From positions 31,442 to 67,174 of the forward strand of contig PS015609.1 in the NCBI GenBank assembly GCA_048213135.1: a DNA stretch of 35,733 bases, written 5' to 3'. Positions 22,894-35,341 of this stretch are shown here, piece by piece (within the stretch, counting starts at the first letter, position 1; every line of letters begins with the position of its first letter). This stretch comes from Reclinomonas americana ATCC 50394. Lineage: Eukaryota. The position numbers and the translations under genes are program-made. The notes under the pieces were generated by a model. That model saw only the letters and a list, made by a program, of their open reading frames with translations, was not told the origin of the DNA and did not search any database.

Positions 22894-24961
22894 CCCTTTG
22901 TGAGAACAGGTGCGCTCCAACGGCAGTGTGGTGTTTTATGTGGCTGCGCGAGGCCACCACGCTGACATTGGCGGCATTCAACCGGGCTCGATGCCGCCGT
23001 TCTCGCAGACGCTTGCCGAGGTTTGTTGGTCATTTCCAGGTGCTTTGCGCCGTGTTCTCATTTTGCCTGCGCAGGAGGGACTGGCTGTCGAAAGCGTGAT
23101 GCTGGTCAAGGACGGTGTCTTCCAGGAGGAGACCATTGTCGGGCTGGTAAGCAGTCGGCAGGAGGTGCCCACCTGTTTTGTTTGCCGCTCACGTGCGGCT
23201 CTGCACAGTTGCGCGAGGCTGGTTCGCGAACCATTCCCGACAACCTCAGCGACTTGCATGCCCAGGCGGCGGCCAACAACAAGGTGCAGTGGCACAACTG
23301 CGAGAGTCTGCGTCCCCGTCCGCCAAGCGCACCTGATGTTTTCGTCGTCGCCACACGCATAGGGCATCCAATTGCTGCAGCAGCTGATTGAGGAGTACTC
23401 GTTGCGACGCGTCCATCGCTACATGCACTTTGGTGAGTGAGCGAGTGAGTGAGTGGGCGTCTATCGACAGCGTCCTAACACAGTTCCTCATCGCAGTGCA
23501 ACGAAATGCGGAGCTGTGTGTGCGAGCCATGTTGAAGCGGTTGGCTGAGCGGCACGGCAAGCCGGTGCAGGATCCATCGGGCGCCGTTTCGTCACATTCT
23601 CGTCATTTTCGCGGTCGGAGAACCTCTTTCTCATCTCGTGGTGTGCAGGTGTCCACTGTGGCAGAGCTGGCGGCCACCGACTCAATGGATGATGGCACAG
23701 TGGTGCGTTTGCCTTTCCGCAAGGGCGTGATGTGTGCAGATGCTGACTTGTGTGTTGTTTGCAGATTTGCATCTCCATCAAGGTCGACAAGAACGACGGC
23801 AGTGCCGTGGTGGATTTCAGTGGATGCGGTCCTCAGGTTCTCGGCAACACCAACTCACCTCGCGCCGTGTGCGTCTCAGCTCTCCTCTACTGTCTTCGCT
23901 GTCTGATCGAGCAAGACATTCCACTGAACGAAGGTGAGGCTGGCAGTCGGTGGGACTGGCGATGTTAATGCGCTGATTGCACAATGTGTAGGATGTTTGA
24001 TCCCGGTGCGCATCATCTTCCCCTCGTACGCCTCGATTGTGGCGCCGTCCAAGACGGCGGCCGTCGTCGGCGGCAATGTGCTCACTTCGCAGCGTGTGAC
24101 GGACGTGATCTTGGTTGCGTTGCGCTGCATATGCCTGTCTGGTGCACGCCGCGCGTCTCACACCACGTGTAGCACGCCTTCCAAGCCTGCGGTGCCTCGC
24201 AGGGTTGCATGAACAACTTCACCTTCGGCAACGAGCGGTTCGGCTACTACGAGACCATTGCTGGCGGAGCAGGTGCCGGGCCCACGTGGGACGGCTGCTC
24301 GGGTGTGCAGGTGCACATGACCAACACGCGCATCACCGACGTGGAGATTATGGAACGGCGGTACCCGGTGCTGCTCCGCCAGTTTGCTTTGCGCCGAGGA
24401 TCGGGTGGCACCGGACTCCACCACGGTGGAAATGGAGTGATTCGGTGCGTGACGGGTGAATGCTGTCCATTCATTTTGCAGTGCATTGTTGACACGCTTT
24501 GCGCAATGCATAGCGAGGTCGAGTTCCTCGAGGTGCGCCACTTTTGACATGTCTGCTCTTGTGACTTGCTGAGACTTATTTTGTTTTGTAGCCGCTTCAA
24601 ATGGGCATTCTCTCCGAGCGCCGTGCTCTCGGTGTGTGTGTGTGTGTGGCGCCGCACCGCGCTCCGCGCATTGCTGCGATGATGTTTCTCATCTCTTCTT
24701 TCCCGTGTGGTAGCTCCCTATGGGCTGGCCGGTGGCGGTCCCGGCGAGCGCGGACTGAACCTGCTCCTCCGGCAAGAGGACGGCGTCACGATCAACATTG
24801 GCGGCAAGGCCTCGCTCCGTGTGCACCCAGTTACGCGCGCCGTACGCATCGTTGCATGCAGATTCGTGCTCACAGCCACACATAACTCTCTTTTTTCGTT
24901 GCAGGGCGATCGAGTGCGCATTCACACTCCAGGTGGCGGTGGCTACGGTGTTCCCTTGTAG
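17816..24961 (+). CDS. OPLAH: 5-oxoprolinase (ATP-hydrolysing), at least 28 introns, part lost in a gap
   Basis: Motifs [90 protein letters not shown] and TPGGGGYG are collinear with eukaryotic oxoprolinase after removing short GT-AG introns. Confidence 0.96.
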
Positions 24962-25150
24962 TCGGGGAAACTGAGGCGGGGAAACGCAATGGAAGTGAAA
25001 GAACTCGTACACACATCCCCGACACATCCACGAGTCGAGCTTTCATTGGCAGAAAAAGCACAAGCGAGCGGGTTGGAATAAAAGGACTTCGTTCACATGA
25101 CATGAAGGACAAAGATCAACGAAGAATTTAACAGTCACTCACGCAAGAGA

Positions 25151-26266
25151 ATGCTTACGAAGGTGCGCCACGCGTGATTCTCTTTCGTTGTCGCTGGTGC
25201 GTCTCACCGCATGTGGGTGGCGCAGATCTTCAAGGGACACACTGCTGTTGTGAACTCTGTCGCCGTCACCCCCGATGGCCGACACATCGTCAGTGGCAGC
25301 GCTGACCGCACAGTGCGTGTGTGGTCACTGACGAGTGGAAAGAAGGAGCGGCGGCTGGCAAGACACACTGGAGGGCTGAACTCGGTCGCTATCACTCCCG
25401 ATGGCCTGCACATTGTCAGCGGCAGTGATGACGAGACAGTGCGAGTGTGGTCATTGACAAGTGGCAAGAAAGTACGACAGTTGAAAGGGCACATCGGGGG
25501 CGTGTCATCCGTTGCTGTCACCTCTGACGGTCAGCACGTGGTCAGTGGGAGCTATGACAACACAATCCGAGTGTGGTCACTGGCCACTGGCGAAGATGTG
25601 CGACAGTTGGAGGGACACGCTGACTGCGTGTTCTCAGTCGTCGTCACACCCGACGGTCTGCACGTTGTGAGCGGCAGCGCTGACAAGACCGTGCGACTGT
25701 GGTCACTGGCCACTGGCGAGGAGGTGCGACGATATGAAGGACACTCTGACTATGTGTTGTCTGTCGCCGTCGCTCCCGATGGTCAGCATGTCGTGAGCGG
25801 GAGTTACGACATGACGATTCGCGTGTGGTCACTTGCGAGTGGTGAGGAGGTGCGGGGGTTGGTGGGGCACACTGACACAGTGGCTTCTGTCGCCGTCACA
25901 CCCGATGGTCAGTTTGTCGTGAGCGGGAGTCACGACATGACTGTGCGAGTGTGGTCACTTGCCGACGGCGAGGAGGTGCGACGACTGGAGGGGTGCACTA
26001 TCATGGTGAATTCTGTCGCCGTCACTCCCGATGGTCAGCGTATTGTGAGTGGAGCCGGAGATCGCACGATTCGAGTGTGGTCCACGGTGCGTGCACTTGC
26101 CAGGCAGGAGCTTGCAGTCGCACGGTTGGCAGTGCAAGCCGTCAACGAGTTGCTGGTTGACGAGGATGATCGCGATTGGATCCTGGTCGATGTCGTTCTG
26201 CGGTGTTTCGTGCTGGAGGATGCACAGGTGGTGAAGCATCGGGCCCCGGGGTGGCATGAAGCGTGA
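25151..26266 (+). CDS. 7-blade WD40 protein (copy 3); exon 1 25151-25162, intron 25163-25225
   Basis: MLTK|IFKGHT..., seven WD40 repeats and the tail DWILVDVVLRCFVLEDA. The first-exon/intron layout is the same as in copies 4 and 5. Confidence 0.88.
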
Positions 26267-26485
26267 TGAGTGAGTTCACTGTCAAACAAGTGAAGCGCTA
26301 CTGAGTGTGAAGTGAAGTGCTCCAGTGTTCCGAGACGATAGTTGTCGTGTCAGTCGGCAAAGACCCACTTGCACCACTTTCATATCCACGTACCATCAGG
26401 GAGAGAAAATGGCGCGAAGCGCGCAGCGAGGACGGAGACAGAAATCGCGAGCCCAATTCACACAACACACACACGCGAGAACAGG

Positions 26486-27594
26486 ATGATCACAAAGGTG
26501 CGTGCGTGTGCACACCCTTCTCGTCAGTTCCCGGTGCGTCTCACCGCTGGTGGGTGGCGTAGGTCTTGAAGGGGCGCACTGGTGTTGTGATGTCTGTCAC
26601 CGTCACTCCCGATGGCCTGCACATCGTCAGTGGCAGCGCTGACCGCACAGTGCGAGTGTGGTCTCTGACGACTGGCGATGAAGTGCTGTGGCTAGAAGGA
26701 CACGCTGGAATGGTGTTCTGTGTCGCTATCACTCCAGACAGTTCGCACATAGTAAGCGGGAGCTATGACGACGCAGTGCGAGTGTGGTCACTGGCGACAG
26801 GCGAGGAGGTGCGACCGTTGGAGGGACACACTGGCGCCGTGTACTCGGTCGCCGTCACCCCCGATGGTGAGCATGTTGTGAGTGGAGGCGATTACGGAGT
26901 AGTGCGACTGTTGTCACTGGCAACTGGCGAGGAAGTGCAACGATATGAGGGACACGCAGGAATCGTGTTGTGTGTCACCATCACTCCCGATGGTAAGCAC
27001 ATTGTGAGCGGGGGTGACGACGAAACGGTGCGACTTTGGTCACTGGCGAGTGGTGAGGAGGTGCGACAGTATAATGGACACACTAACTGTGTGCCGTCTG
27101 TCGCCGTCACTCCCAATGGTCAGCAGATTGTGAGCGGGAGTCAGGACATGACTGTGCGCGTGTGGTCACTGGCCACCGGCGAGGAAGTGCGCCGGATGGT
27201 GGGGCATGCTGGAGATGTGCAGTCTGTCGCCGTCACACCCGACAGTCAGTTTGTCGTGAGCGGGAGTTACGACAAGACTGTGCGAGTGTGGTCACTTGCC
27301 GACGGCGCGGAGGTGCGGCGACTGGAGGGACACGCTATGTGGATATTCTCTGTTGCCGTAACCCCCGATGGCCAGCACATTGTCAGTGGAGGCGGAGACG
27401 ACACGAAACGAATGTGGTCCACACCGCATGGACTCGCCCAGCAGGAGCTCGTGGTTGCGTGGTCGGCTGTGCAAGCCATCAACGAGCTCCTTGTTGACGA
27501 GGATGATCGCGATTGGATCCTGGTGGATGTCGTGCTGCGGTGCTTCGTGCTGGAGGATGCAGAGGTGGTGCAGGGTCGTGCCACTGGGTGGTAG
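26486..27594 (+). CDS. 7-blade WD40 protein (copy 4); exon 1 26486-26497, intron 26498-26562
   Basis: MITK|VLKGRT...; the acceptor is TAG where the paralogues have CAG. It ends GW* three codons early because of a small insertion (taggta). Confidence 0.85.
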
Positions 27595-27883
27595 GTACAT
27601 GAAAGTTACTTGCCTCCCGGTGCCAGACTGAGTGAAGCGCTGATCAGTGTGAAGTGAAGTGCCACCCTCCACCATGCAAGTCAATGTTTCATTGTTCGAG
27701 ACGATATCGATCGGCAAAGATCCACTTCCCCGACCTTCATACTCGTGCATCTACATTTGTGCGAGCGCAGGATGTTAACGTGGCGGCAGCTTTGCAGCTT
27801 GAAGAACGAGAGAAAATGGCGCGAGGAGTGAGGACAAACGCGAGCCCAATTCACACTCACTCACACACACACGCGAGAACAGA

Positions 27884-29008
27884 ATGATCACAAAGGTGCG
27901 TGCGTGCGTGGCATCCTTCTTGTCTGTTCCCGGTGCGTCTCACCGCTGGCGGGTGGCGCAGATCTTCAGGGGACACACTGCTGATGTGATGTCTGTCGCC
28001 GTCACTCCCGATGGTCGTTACATTGTGAGTGGCAGCAATGACCACACAGTGCGTGGGTGGTCACTGGTAAGTGGAGAAGAGGAGTGGTGGCTGGAAGGAC
28101 ACACTGACTCGGTGAATTCCATCGCCGTCACTCCCGACGGTCAGCACTTTGTCAGCGGCAGTGATGACGGTACTGCACGCGTGTGGTCATCGACGAGTGG
28201 CAAGGAAGTGCATCAGTTGGGAGAACACACTGGCATGGTGTACGTGCAGTCTGTCGCCGTCACTCCCAATAGTATGCACGTGGTGAGCGGAAGCTTTGAC
28301 AAGGCCATACGAGTGTGGTCTGTGGCGACTGGCGAGGAAGTGCGACGGTTGGAGGGACACACTGGCTCCGTATACTCGGTTGCCGTCACCCCCGACGGTC
28401 GACACGTTGTGAGTGGGAGTCGGGACGAGACCGTGCGACAGTGGTCGCTGGCAACCGGCGAGGAAGTGCGACGGTATGAGGGACACGCAAGCTGGGTGTC
28501 GTCTGTCGCCGTCACTCCCGATGGCCAGTACATTGTGAGCGGCGGCGGCGACAAAGCAGTGCGAGTGTGGTCTCTGACAAGCGGGGAAGAAGTTCTGCGA
28601 CTGGAAGGACACGTTGGAGCGGTGTCGTCTGTCGCCGTCACACCTGATGGTCAGTTTGTCGCGAGTGGGAGTTACGACAAGACTGTGCGAGTGTGGTCAC
28701 TGGTGAGTGGCGAGGAGGTGCGGCGACTGGAGGCACACACTATGTGGATATTCTCTGTTGCCGTAACCCCCGATGGTCAGCGCATTGTGAGTGGAGACAG
28801 TGACGACACGATACGAGTGTGGTCCACGGCGCGTGCACTTGCCCACGAGGAGCTCTCGGTCGCACGTTCGGTTGTCCAGGCCATCAACGAGCTCCTTGTT
28901 GACGATGATGATCGCGACTGGATCCTGGTTGATGTCGTGCTGCGGTGTTTTGTGCTGGAGGATGCAGAGGTGGTGGAGCGTCGGGCCCCGGGGTGGCATG
29001 AAGCATGA
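27884..29008 (+). CDS. 7-blade WD40 protein (copy 5); exon 1 27884-27895, intron 27896-27961
   Basis: MITK|IFRGHT..., seven WD40 repeats and the same tail. The upstream intergenic DNA resembles that of copy 4, indicating tandem duplication. Confidence 0.88.
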   Translation: MITKVRACVASFLSVPGASHRWRVAQIFRGHTADVMSVAVTPDGRYIVSGSNDHTVRGWSLVSGEEEWWLEGHTDSVNSIAVTPDGQHFVSGSDDGTARVWSSTSGKEVHQLGEHTGMVYVQSVAVTPNSMHVVSGSFDKAIRVWSVATGEEVRRLEGHTGSVYSVAVTPDGRHVVSGSRDETVRQWSLATGEEVRRYEGHASWVSSVAVTPDGQYIVSGGGDKAVRVWSLTSGEEVLRLEGHVGAVSSVAVTPDGQFVASGSYDKTVRVWSLVSGEEVRRLEAHTMWIFSVAVTPDGQRIVSGDSDDTIRVWSTARALAHEELSVARSVVQAINELLVDDDDRDWILVDVVLRCFVLEDAEVVERRAPGWHEA

Positions 29009-29396
29009 CATCATGAGGATGTCATGTTGGTGTTGAAGAGCTCCGCAAGCCTCGCCTCGCCCTCGTCGTTGGCATCGCCGACTGGTCAGTGCGGCAAAGA
29101 GTCAGCTGGTCAGTGCAAGTCTGAACTGTGTCGCTGAGGGAGTTCGCTGGCAAACGTGTGCGCTTACCGCGTTGCGCGCGCGTGAACATGCGATCCATGC
29201 CAGGAGTACCCACGGGCCTCTCACGTTGCCGAGCTGAGCGACCTATGCCGATCGCCTTCAACACGACGTGTAGCTGATCGCCCAGACCGCGAACACATGT
29301 AAAAGTCCACGCAGCAGTGTGCACAATGAAGGGGAAGAGCGAAGTACAACGAAGTTGTCCTTGTCCTTTCGTTTGCTTTTATTAAGTTCGAGAGAG

Positions 29397-31864
29397 ATGA
29401 GTGGCACCTCGAAACTTGACTATCTCAAGCGATACACCAGTGGCGGCTCTGAGCCCACAGGCAGCAGCGACTACATTGAAAAGAAGAAGAAAAAGAAGAA
29501 GAAGACAGCGACAACAACAACAGCAGCAAAGGCAACGAAATGCATCTCTCTCTCTCTCTCACTTCTCTCTCTCTCTTTCACTCATGTATGCATGTGTGTG
29601 TGTGTGCATGTGTGTATATGTGTGTGTGTGTTTAGACTGCCAACTTGGTGATTCACGATGAGGACTGGTCGTGGAATGTTGCCAGAAAGAAGGATGCAGA
29701 GGAAGAGATCGAGGCTGAGTTGGATGAAGGTTTGTGCATTCTTCTCTCTCTATTCCTCTCTCTCTCTCTCTCTCTCTCACTCTCTTGCATCTCATACATT
29801 CTTCTTGCAACTGGATCAACGCTGCATTCCCTCTTGTTCCTCCTTATTTCCCTCCTTTTCTCATCTCTCTCTCCCTTCTCCTCTCCCTCCCTTCTCCCTT
29901 ACTCCCTCCCTCCCTTCTCCCTCGCCTCTTCTCCCTCCCTTTCCCTCCACTATCCCTCGTTCTCCCTGCCTTCTCGCTGCCTTCTCTCTCTCCTCTCTCC
30001 CTCTCCCGCTCTCCTCTCCCTCTCTCCCTCCTCCTTCCCTCTCTTCTCCCTCCCTTCTCCCTCCCTTTCCCTCCCTTCTTCCTCCCTTCTCCCTCCCTTC
30101 TCCACTCTCTCTCCCTGCCCTCTTCTCCCTCCATTCACCCTCCCTTCTCCCTTCTTTCACCCTTCCTTCTCCCACTCCCCGCAGACGAGAGACCAGTGGT
30201 AGTGAACGCGGATGAGTTCGGCTTGGACCAGAAGCTGCGACCGCGACGCCGAGATGCGGGCGAGGACGACGAATCGCGAGAGTGGCATCGTCCGCGTGCC
30301 CCAATCATTGAGGATGGCAGTGGGTGGCAGGATGTGTCGGGAGTTGCGCCTGCATCCCTCTGCCCTCTTGCTTCTGTTATCATTGGTGCTCATTTGCCTA
30401 TGGCACGCGTAGTCGAAGGCCAGTCCCATGGATGAGGTGCGCGACGGCCGTCACTCACCGTCTGTCTTGCTGCTATCTCACGCCCTTCGCAGGATGAATC
30501 ATCGCCTCCACGTCGGCGGCCGCGTCACGATTCACCGGATGTTGCGTTGTCTGGTTGATCGTTCCTCCTCGTCGCCTGCGTTGCTCATCTCGCCTCGCCG
30601 CAGGCCTCGGTCGCCGACCAGTCGCCACCGCGCAGGCGACCGCGACACGACTCGCCCGATCCCACAGCCGCCGCAGACTTGTCGCCACCGCGGCGGCGAG
30701 TGCGTCACGATTCGCCTGATGTTGCGCTTTCTCATCGCACTCCTCCATCCCCTCCCTCCTCCTCCCTCTTCGTCACTCACTCCGTTGGCATCTCACAGGA
30801 GAGCACTGGCGCGGCTGGTGATTTGTCTCCACCACGTCGGCGGCCTCGACACGACTCACCCGATCCATCTGCCGACCTGTCACCCCCTCGCCGCTCCGCT
30901 CCTGCGTCGGCATCGGCGCGGTCGGGTGACGGAAGCGGTGACTTGTCGCCGCCGAGGCGGAAGGCGGTGGTGGATGGCGACGGAGGTGCGTTGATTGGGC
31001 TCCTCTGTTTTCCATTCTTCCTTTCGCCAACCATTCGCCGCACAGACCTGTCGCCGCCACGCAAGCGTGCGCGTGTGGACGCAGACGGCGACTTGTCACC
31101 GCCACAGCGCCGACAAGGCCCGTCGTCGTCGTCGTCGTCGTCTTCGGGCGCTGCATCTTCGCGCCGCCCCGTGGAGGCTGCGGTCATCAAGCAATCGGAA
31201 GACATGCGGGGATTGCGCACCGCCGAGCAAATCAAAGCCGATGGCGAGAGGAGGCGTCAGGCTGAGCGGGATCGCTTGGCCAAGGTCGACGCGTCGGCCA
31301 GCGGGCAGGGCGCAGACACGGTCTATCGCGATCGACATGGTGCGGCGCGCCACCTTCCATTTTCTATCATCACTTCTGTGGCCCACTGAAAGAAAACCAC
31401 CGCTCGCAGGCCGCCGCATGGAAATGTACGAAGCCATGCTCAAGCAGCAGCAGGGCGAAAAGGCGACGAGTGACGACGCGCACTTGGAGTGGGGTGGCGG
31501 TCTGAAGCAGAAGCAGGATAAGGAGGACGTGCAGTCGGCCATTCGCGCCGAGATGAGTCGTCCGTTTGCGCGCTACGCCGACGACGCCGAATTGGACACC
31601 CACCTACGCAGTCAGCAGCGCTTCGACGACCCCATGGCGCGCTTCTCCAGCTCCGCCGCCGGCGACAGCAAATCGAAAGCCAAGGACAAGAAGCCGCGCT
31701 ATCGCGGTCCGCCTCCCCCGCCCAACCGCTTCAACATCCCGCCAGGCCACCGCTGGGATGGCATCGACCGCAGTAACGGATTCGAGAAGCGGTACTTTGA
31801 GATCATCAACCAGCGCAAGGCCATTGGCGATATCATGTACGCCTTTAACAGCGAGGATATGTGA
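29397..31864 (+). CDS. BUD13: Pre-mRNA splicing factor BUD13/CWC26 (RES complex), 9 exons
   Basis: N-terminal LDYLKRY, RHDSPD/LSPPRR repeats, TVYRD, and the C-terminal PPPNRFNIPPGHRWDGIDRSNGFE..SEDM*. Confidence 0.93.
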
Positions 31865-31980
31865 CGCGGCGCGTGTGAGCGATGAGAGTGAAATCAAAGG
31901 AGAGATGTGCGATTTTTTCGTCTTATTTGCAAGTTTTCACGAGATTGAATGTGCAACTGTGTGCAAGCAAGCAACCCGCG

Positions 31981-34294
31981 TCAGTGCGCCTCCACAACTT
32001 CGTCGAGTGCGTCGTCATCTCCGCCGTGGTCACTGTCGACTTCGCCCTCGGCGGCCACTGGCGCAGCCTCCTGCGGCACAATCTCGGGTGGCGGCGGATT
32101 CGGTTGCCACCAGGGGAGGAGCGAGGCCACAAAGAGGTAGATGGCCCAGGTGATCTTTTGGAAGAAACCGCGCGGTCGGTAGGGTGCGTTGGCGCCGAGC
32201 CGTCCCTCCACCACCCCCGGTCGATTGCGACGCAGTAGCCAGTTGAGGAAGCCCAGGCGGTGCAGAATGATGCCGAGAGACAGCACCGAGAGCAGCACAT
32301 ATCGCTGCCAGCCGCCGTCTTGACCAAACACAAAGATCAGAAGGCCGAGCTTGATCAGCAGGCCCCACCAGCCACGATTGCCGCCACCTGCGAGGGGGAA
32401 AGGAATGAGGGAAGGAAGAAAGGGGGAAGGAGAAGGGGAAGGAAAAGGGAGAAGGAGAAGGGGGAAGGAGANNNNNNNNNNNNNNNNNNNNNNNNNNNNN
32501 NNNNNNNNNNNNNNNNNNNNNNNNNNNNNNNNNNNNNNNNNNNNNNNNNNNNNNNNNNNNNNNNNNNNNNNNNNNNNNNNNNNNNNNNNNNNNNNNNNNN
32601 NNNNNNNNNNNNNNNNNNNNNNNNNNNNNNNNNNNNNNNNNNNNNNNNNNNNNNNNNNNNNNNNNNNNNNNNNNNNNNNNNNNNNNNNNNNNNNNNNNNN
32701 NNNNNNNNNNNNNNNNNNNNNNNNNNNNNNNNNNNNNNNNNNNNNNNNNNNNNNNNNNNNNNNNNNNNNNNNNNNNNNNNNNNNNNNNNNNNNNNNNNNN
32801 NNNNNNNNNNNNNNNNGAGAAGGGGGAAGGAGAAGGGGAAGGAGAAGGGGGAAGGAGAAGGGCAAGGTGAGGGGAGGAGGGGGGAGGAGGGGGAAGGAGG
32901 ACGAGGAGAAGGAGGAGTTTTGGATGAGTACACAGACAAAAAGAGGAAGTGGAGGAGGAAGAGGAAGAGACATCCCCATCCATCATCATCGACGTCGGCG
33001 GCAGAAAGAGAGAGAGAGAGAGAGATCTGGGGATGCTGTCGACTAACCTCGTTCGCCATTCTCGCCGGCCATTTCTGCCGCCATTTGTGCATCGTTGCCA
33101 CCGGCAGCTGCTGCGGGCGCCGGTGGGGGCGGCACCGGAGGAGCGGCACCGGCTGCGGCCGGTGGTGGCGGCTGCAATTGCTGCCCCTGCTGCTGCTGCG
33201 GGAGCTGTTGCTGCATGCCGACAGCCATCTGAATGGCCATTTGTTGCATGTACCATTGCATGTATTGTTGCATGTAGGCATTCCATTCGATTTGCTGAGC
33301 TGGTGTCATGTTGGGCGGCGGCTGAGGGAGCTGTGAGAGGGGGGAAGGGGAGAAGGACATGAGGGAAAAGGATAAATGGTTTGGTTCAAAAGACGTGGAG
33401 ATTCAGAGGGACAGCAGCTGACGAGAACAGCGGGAACGAGGCGAGGAGGAAAGGCAGATAACACGAGCGAATGAGCACATTTGTGGGAGAAGAGAGACAT
33501 GCGAAGAACGCACGCAGAAAGGAAATGGAGAAAGGAGGAGACACACGGTAGAAGCGCAGAAACGAAAAAATGAAGACGTCGAGAACGCGAGCGACTGAGT
33601 CTTCTTGTGGAGAAAGAGAGACAGCATGCGAAGAACGCGCGCAGAAGAGAAATGAGAAAGCAAAAGGAGGCACACGACAGAAACCACAGGAACAACACAA
33701 GCGAGTGAGAACTCTTGGGGCACCGGAAAGAAAGCAGCAGGCAAAGAAAGTGAGCAGAAGAGGAACCTATACACCAACCATGGCTGCCGGATTCACGACC
33801 ATCTGCATTGAGAAGAACGCGCATCAGAGATAGCACAGCGCACGACCGCACACGACACACACATATTCACCGGGAAGCTGCCGGCCGCAAATGCAGGAGC
33901 TGGCGATGCCGCAAAGGCGGGTGAAGGTGCGGCTGCGGGAGTCGACGGAGCGGAGGCCGGGGTTGTACTTGTGGCGCTCATTGTCGAGGAGACACTCGAG
34001 GAGCCGGCCACGGAACTGGAGCCAGCAGGCCGCTGGGCAACCACGTGTATGACGATGACTTCGTCGTCGATGGACTGTGAGTGGGAGGGCGTTTAGGAGA
34101 GGGAGGGTGGTTGACCGACGGCAGCATTGCAGCAGGTGTGGATTGCGACAAAGTCAAAAGACGAGACAGAGGAAAGGGAAGCACGGGGAATGCAAAGCAT
34201 TTTGCGCATGCAGTGATGGCAGAAAGCAAGAAGAAGAGGAACCGGAGAGAGACTCGCAGCATGCGAACAGAAACACGACGACGTGATGGAGACC

Positions 34295-34337
<43 letters not shown>

Positions 34338-34584
34338 NNNNNNNNNNNNNNNNNNNNNNNNNNNNNNNNNNNNNNNNNNNNNNNNNNNNNNNNNNNNNNN
34401 NNNNNNNNNNNNNNNNNNNNNNNNNNNNNNNNNNNNNNNNNNNNNNNNNNNNNNNNNNNNNNNNNNNNNNNNNNNNNNNNNNNNNNNNNNNNNNNNNNNN
34501 NNNNNNNNNNNNNNNNNNNNNNNNNNNNNNNNNNNNNNNNNNNNNNNNNNNNNNNNNNNNNNNNNNNNNTACTACTACTCTCTA

Positions 34585-34650
<66 letters not shown>

Positions 34651-34998
34651 CTCTGCAACTCACTTGTCCTGAACCATATTCTGGATGTTTCTGTTCCTTC
34701 TCTCTCTCTCACTCTCTCCCTCTCTCTTTGAATTCAGTTGTCCTCAACCTCCTTCTTGATCTCTGTCCCCTCCCCCTCTCTCAATCCCCACGCACCTTAT
34801 GCAACGCCTCGCGCAACACCTGTCCATCGGTGATCACTCGCCCACCAAAGATGAACTTCATCTCCTCCGGCAGTGGCGCCTTGTCGGCATTCTGCGCACG
34901 CACTCGCTCCTTCACCTCGCGCACAGTGTCGTCCGCAGTGGCCTCCACCACGAACTCAGTTCTGCAAGGAAGAGAGAGAGAGGTGAGGGAGAAGGGGA

Positions 34999-35030
<32 letters not shown>

Positions 35031-35341
35031 AAGGGAGGGAGGGAAAGAGTGAGTGAGTGAGTGTGTGAGTGAGTAAGTGTGTGTGTGAGTGAGTGAGTGA
35101 GTGAGTGAGTGAGTGAGTGTCTGAGTGAGTGACTGAGAGAAACAGAGATTGAGAGAGACAGTGAGTGAGTGAGTGAATGAGTGAGTGAGTGCGCATGTGA
35201 AAGAGACACACTCACACACACTCACACACAATGAGAGTGTGATGACGCGTGTCACTGGTGCGAATGACATGTGTGACTGACACACAAACACACACACACA
35301 CACACACTCAACTTGTTCGCCAGGCGCACAGTCAACCGCAT
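31981..35341 (-). CDS. HERP/HERPUD-like ubiquitin-like-domain membrane protein (ERAD-type), multi-exon
   Basis: UBL domain MRLTVRLANK|TEFVVEATADDTVREVKERV..MKFIFGGRVITDGQVL..|..IHVV, a YMQQYMQWY motif, and C-terminal hydrophobic segments LLIKLGLLIFVF..QRYVLL..FVASLLP. Confidence 0.75.

Noticed and set aside
19860-24904. Many in-frame introns with no stop codon (e.g. 19860-19928, 20929-20985, 21162-21224, 23586-23648, 24830-24904)
   Set aside because: Roughly a dozen among about 70 short GC-rich introns is near what chance would give; enrichment cannot be claimed without genome-wide counts.
26560-26562. TAG aligned with CAG (Gln) of the WD40 paralogues, suggesting stop-codon reassignment
   Set aside because: It is the 3' splice site (YAG) of the conserved first intron. 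TAA, TAG and TGA all terminate genes normally in this window.
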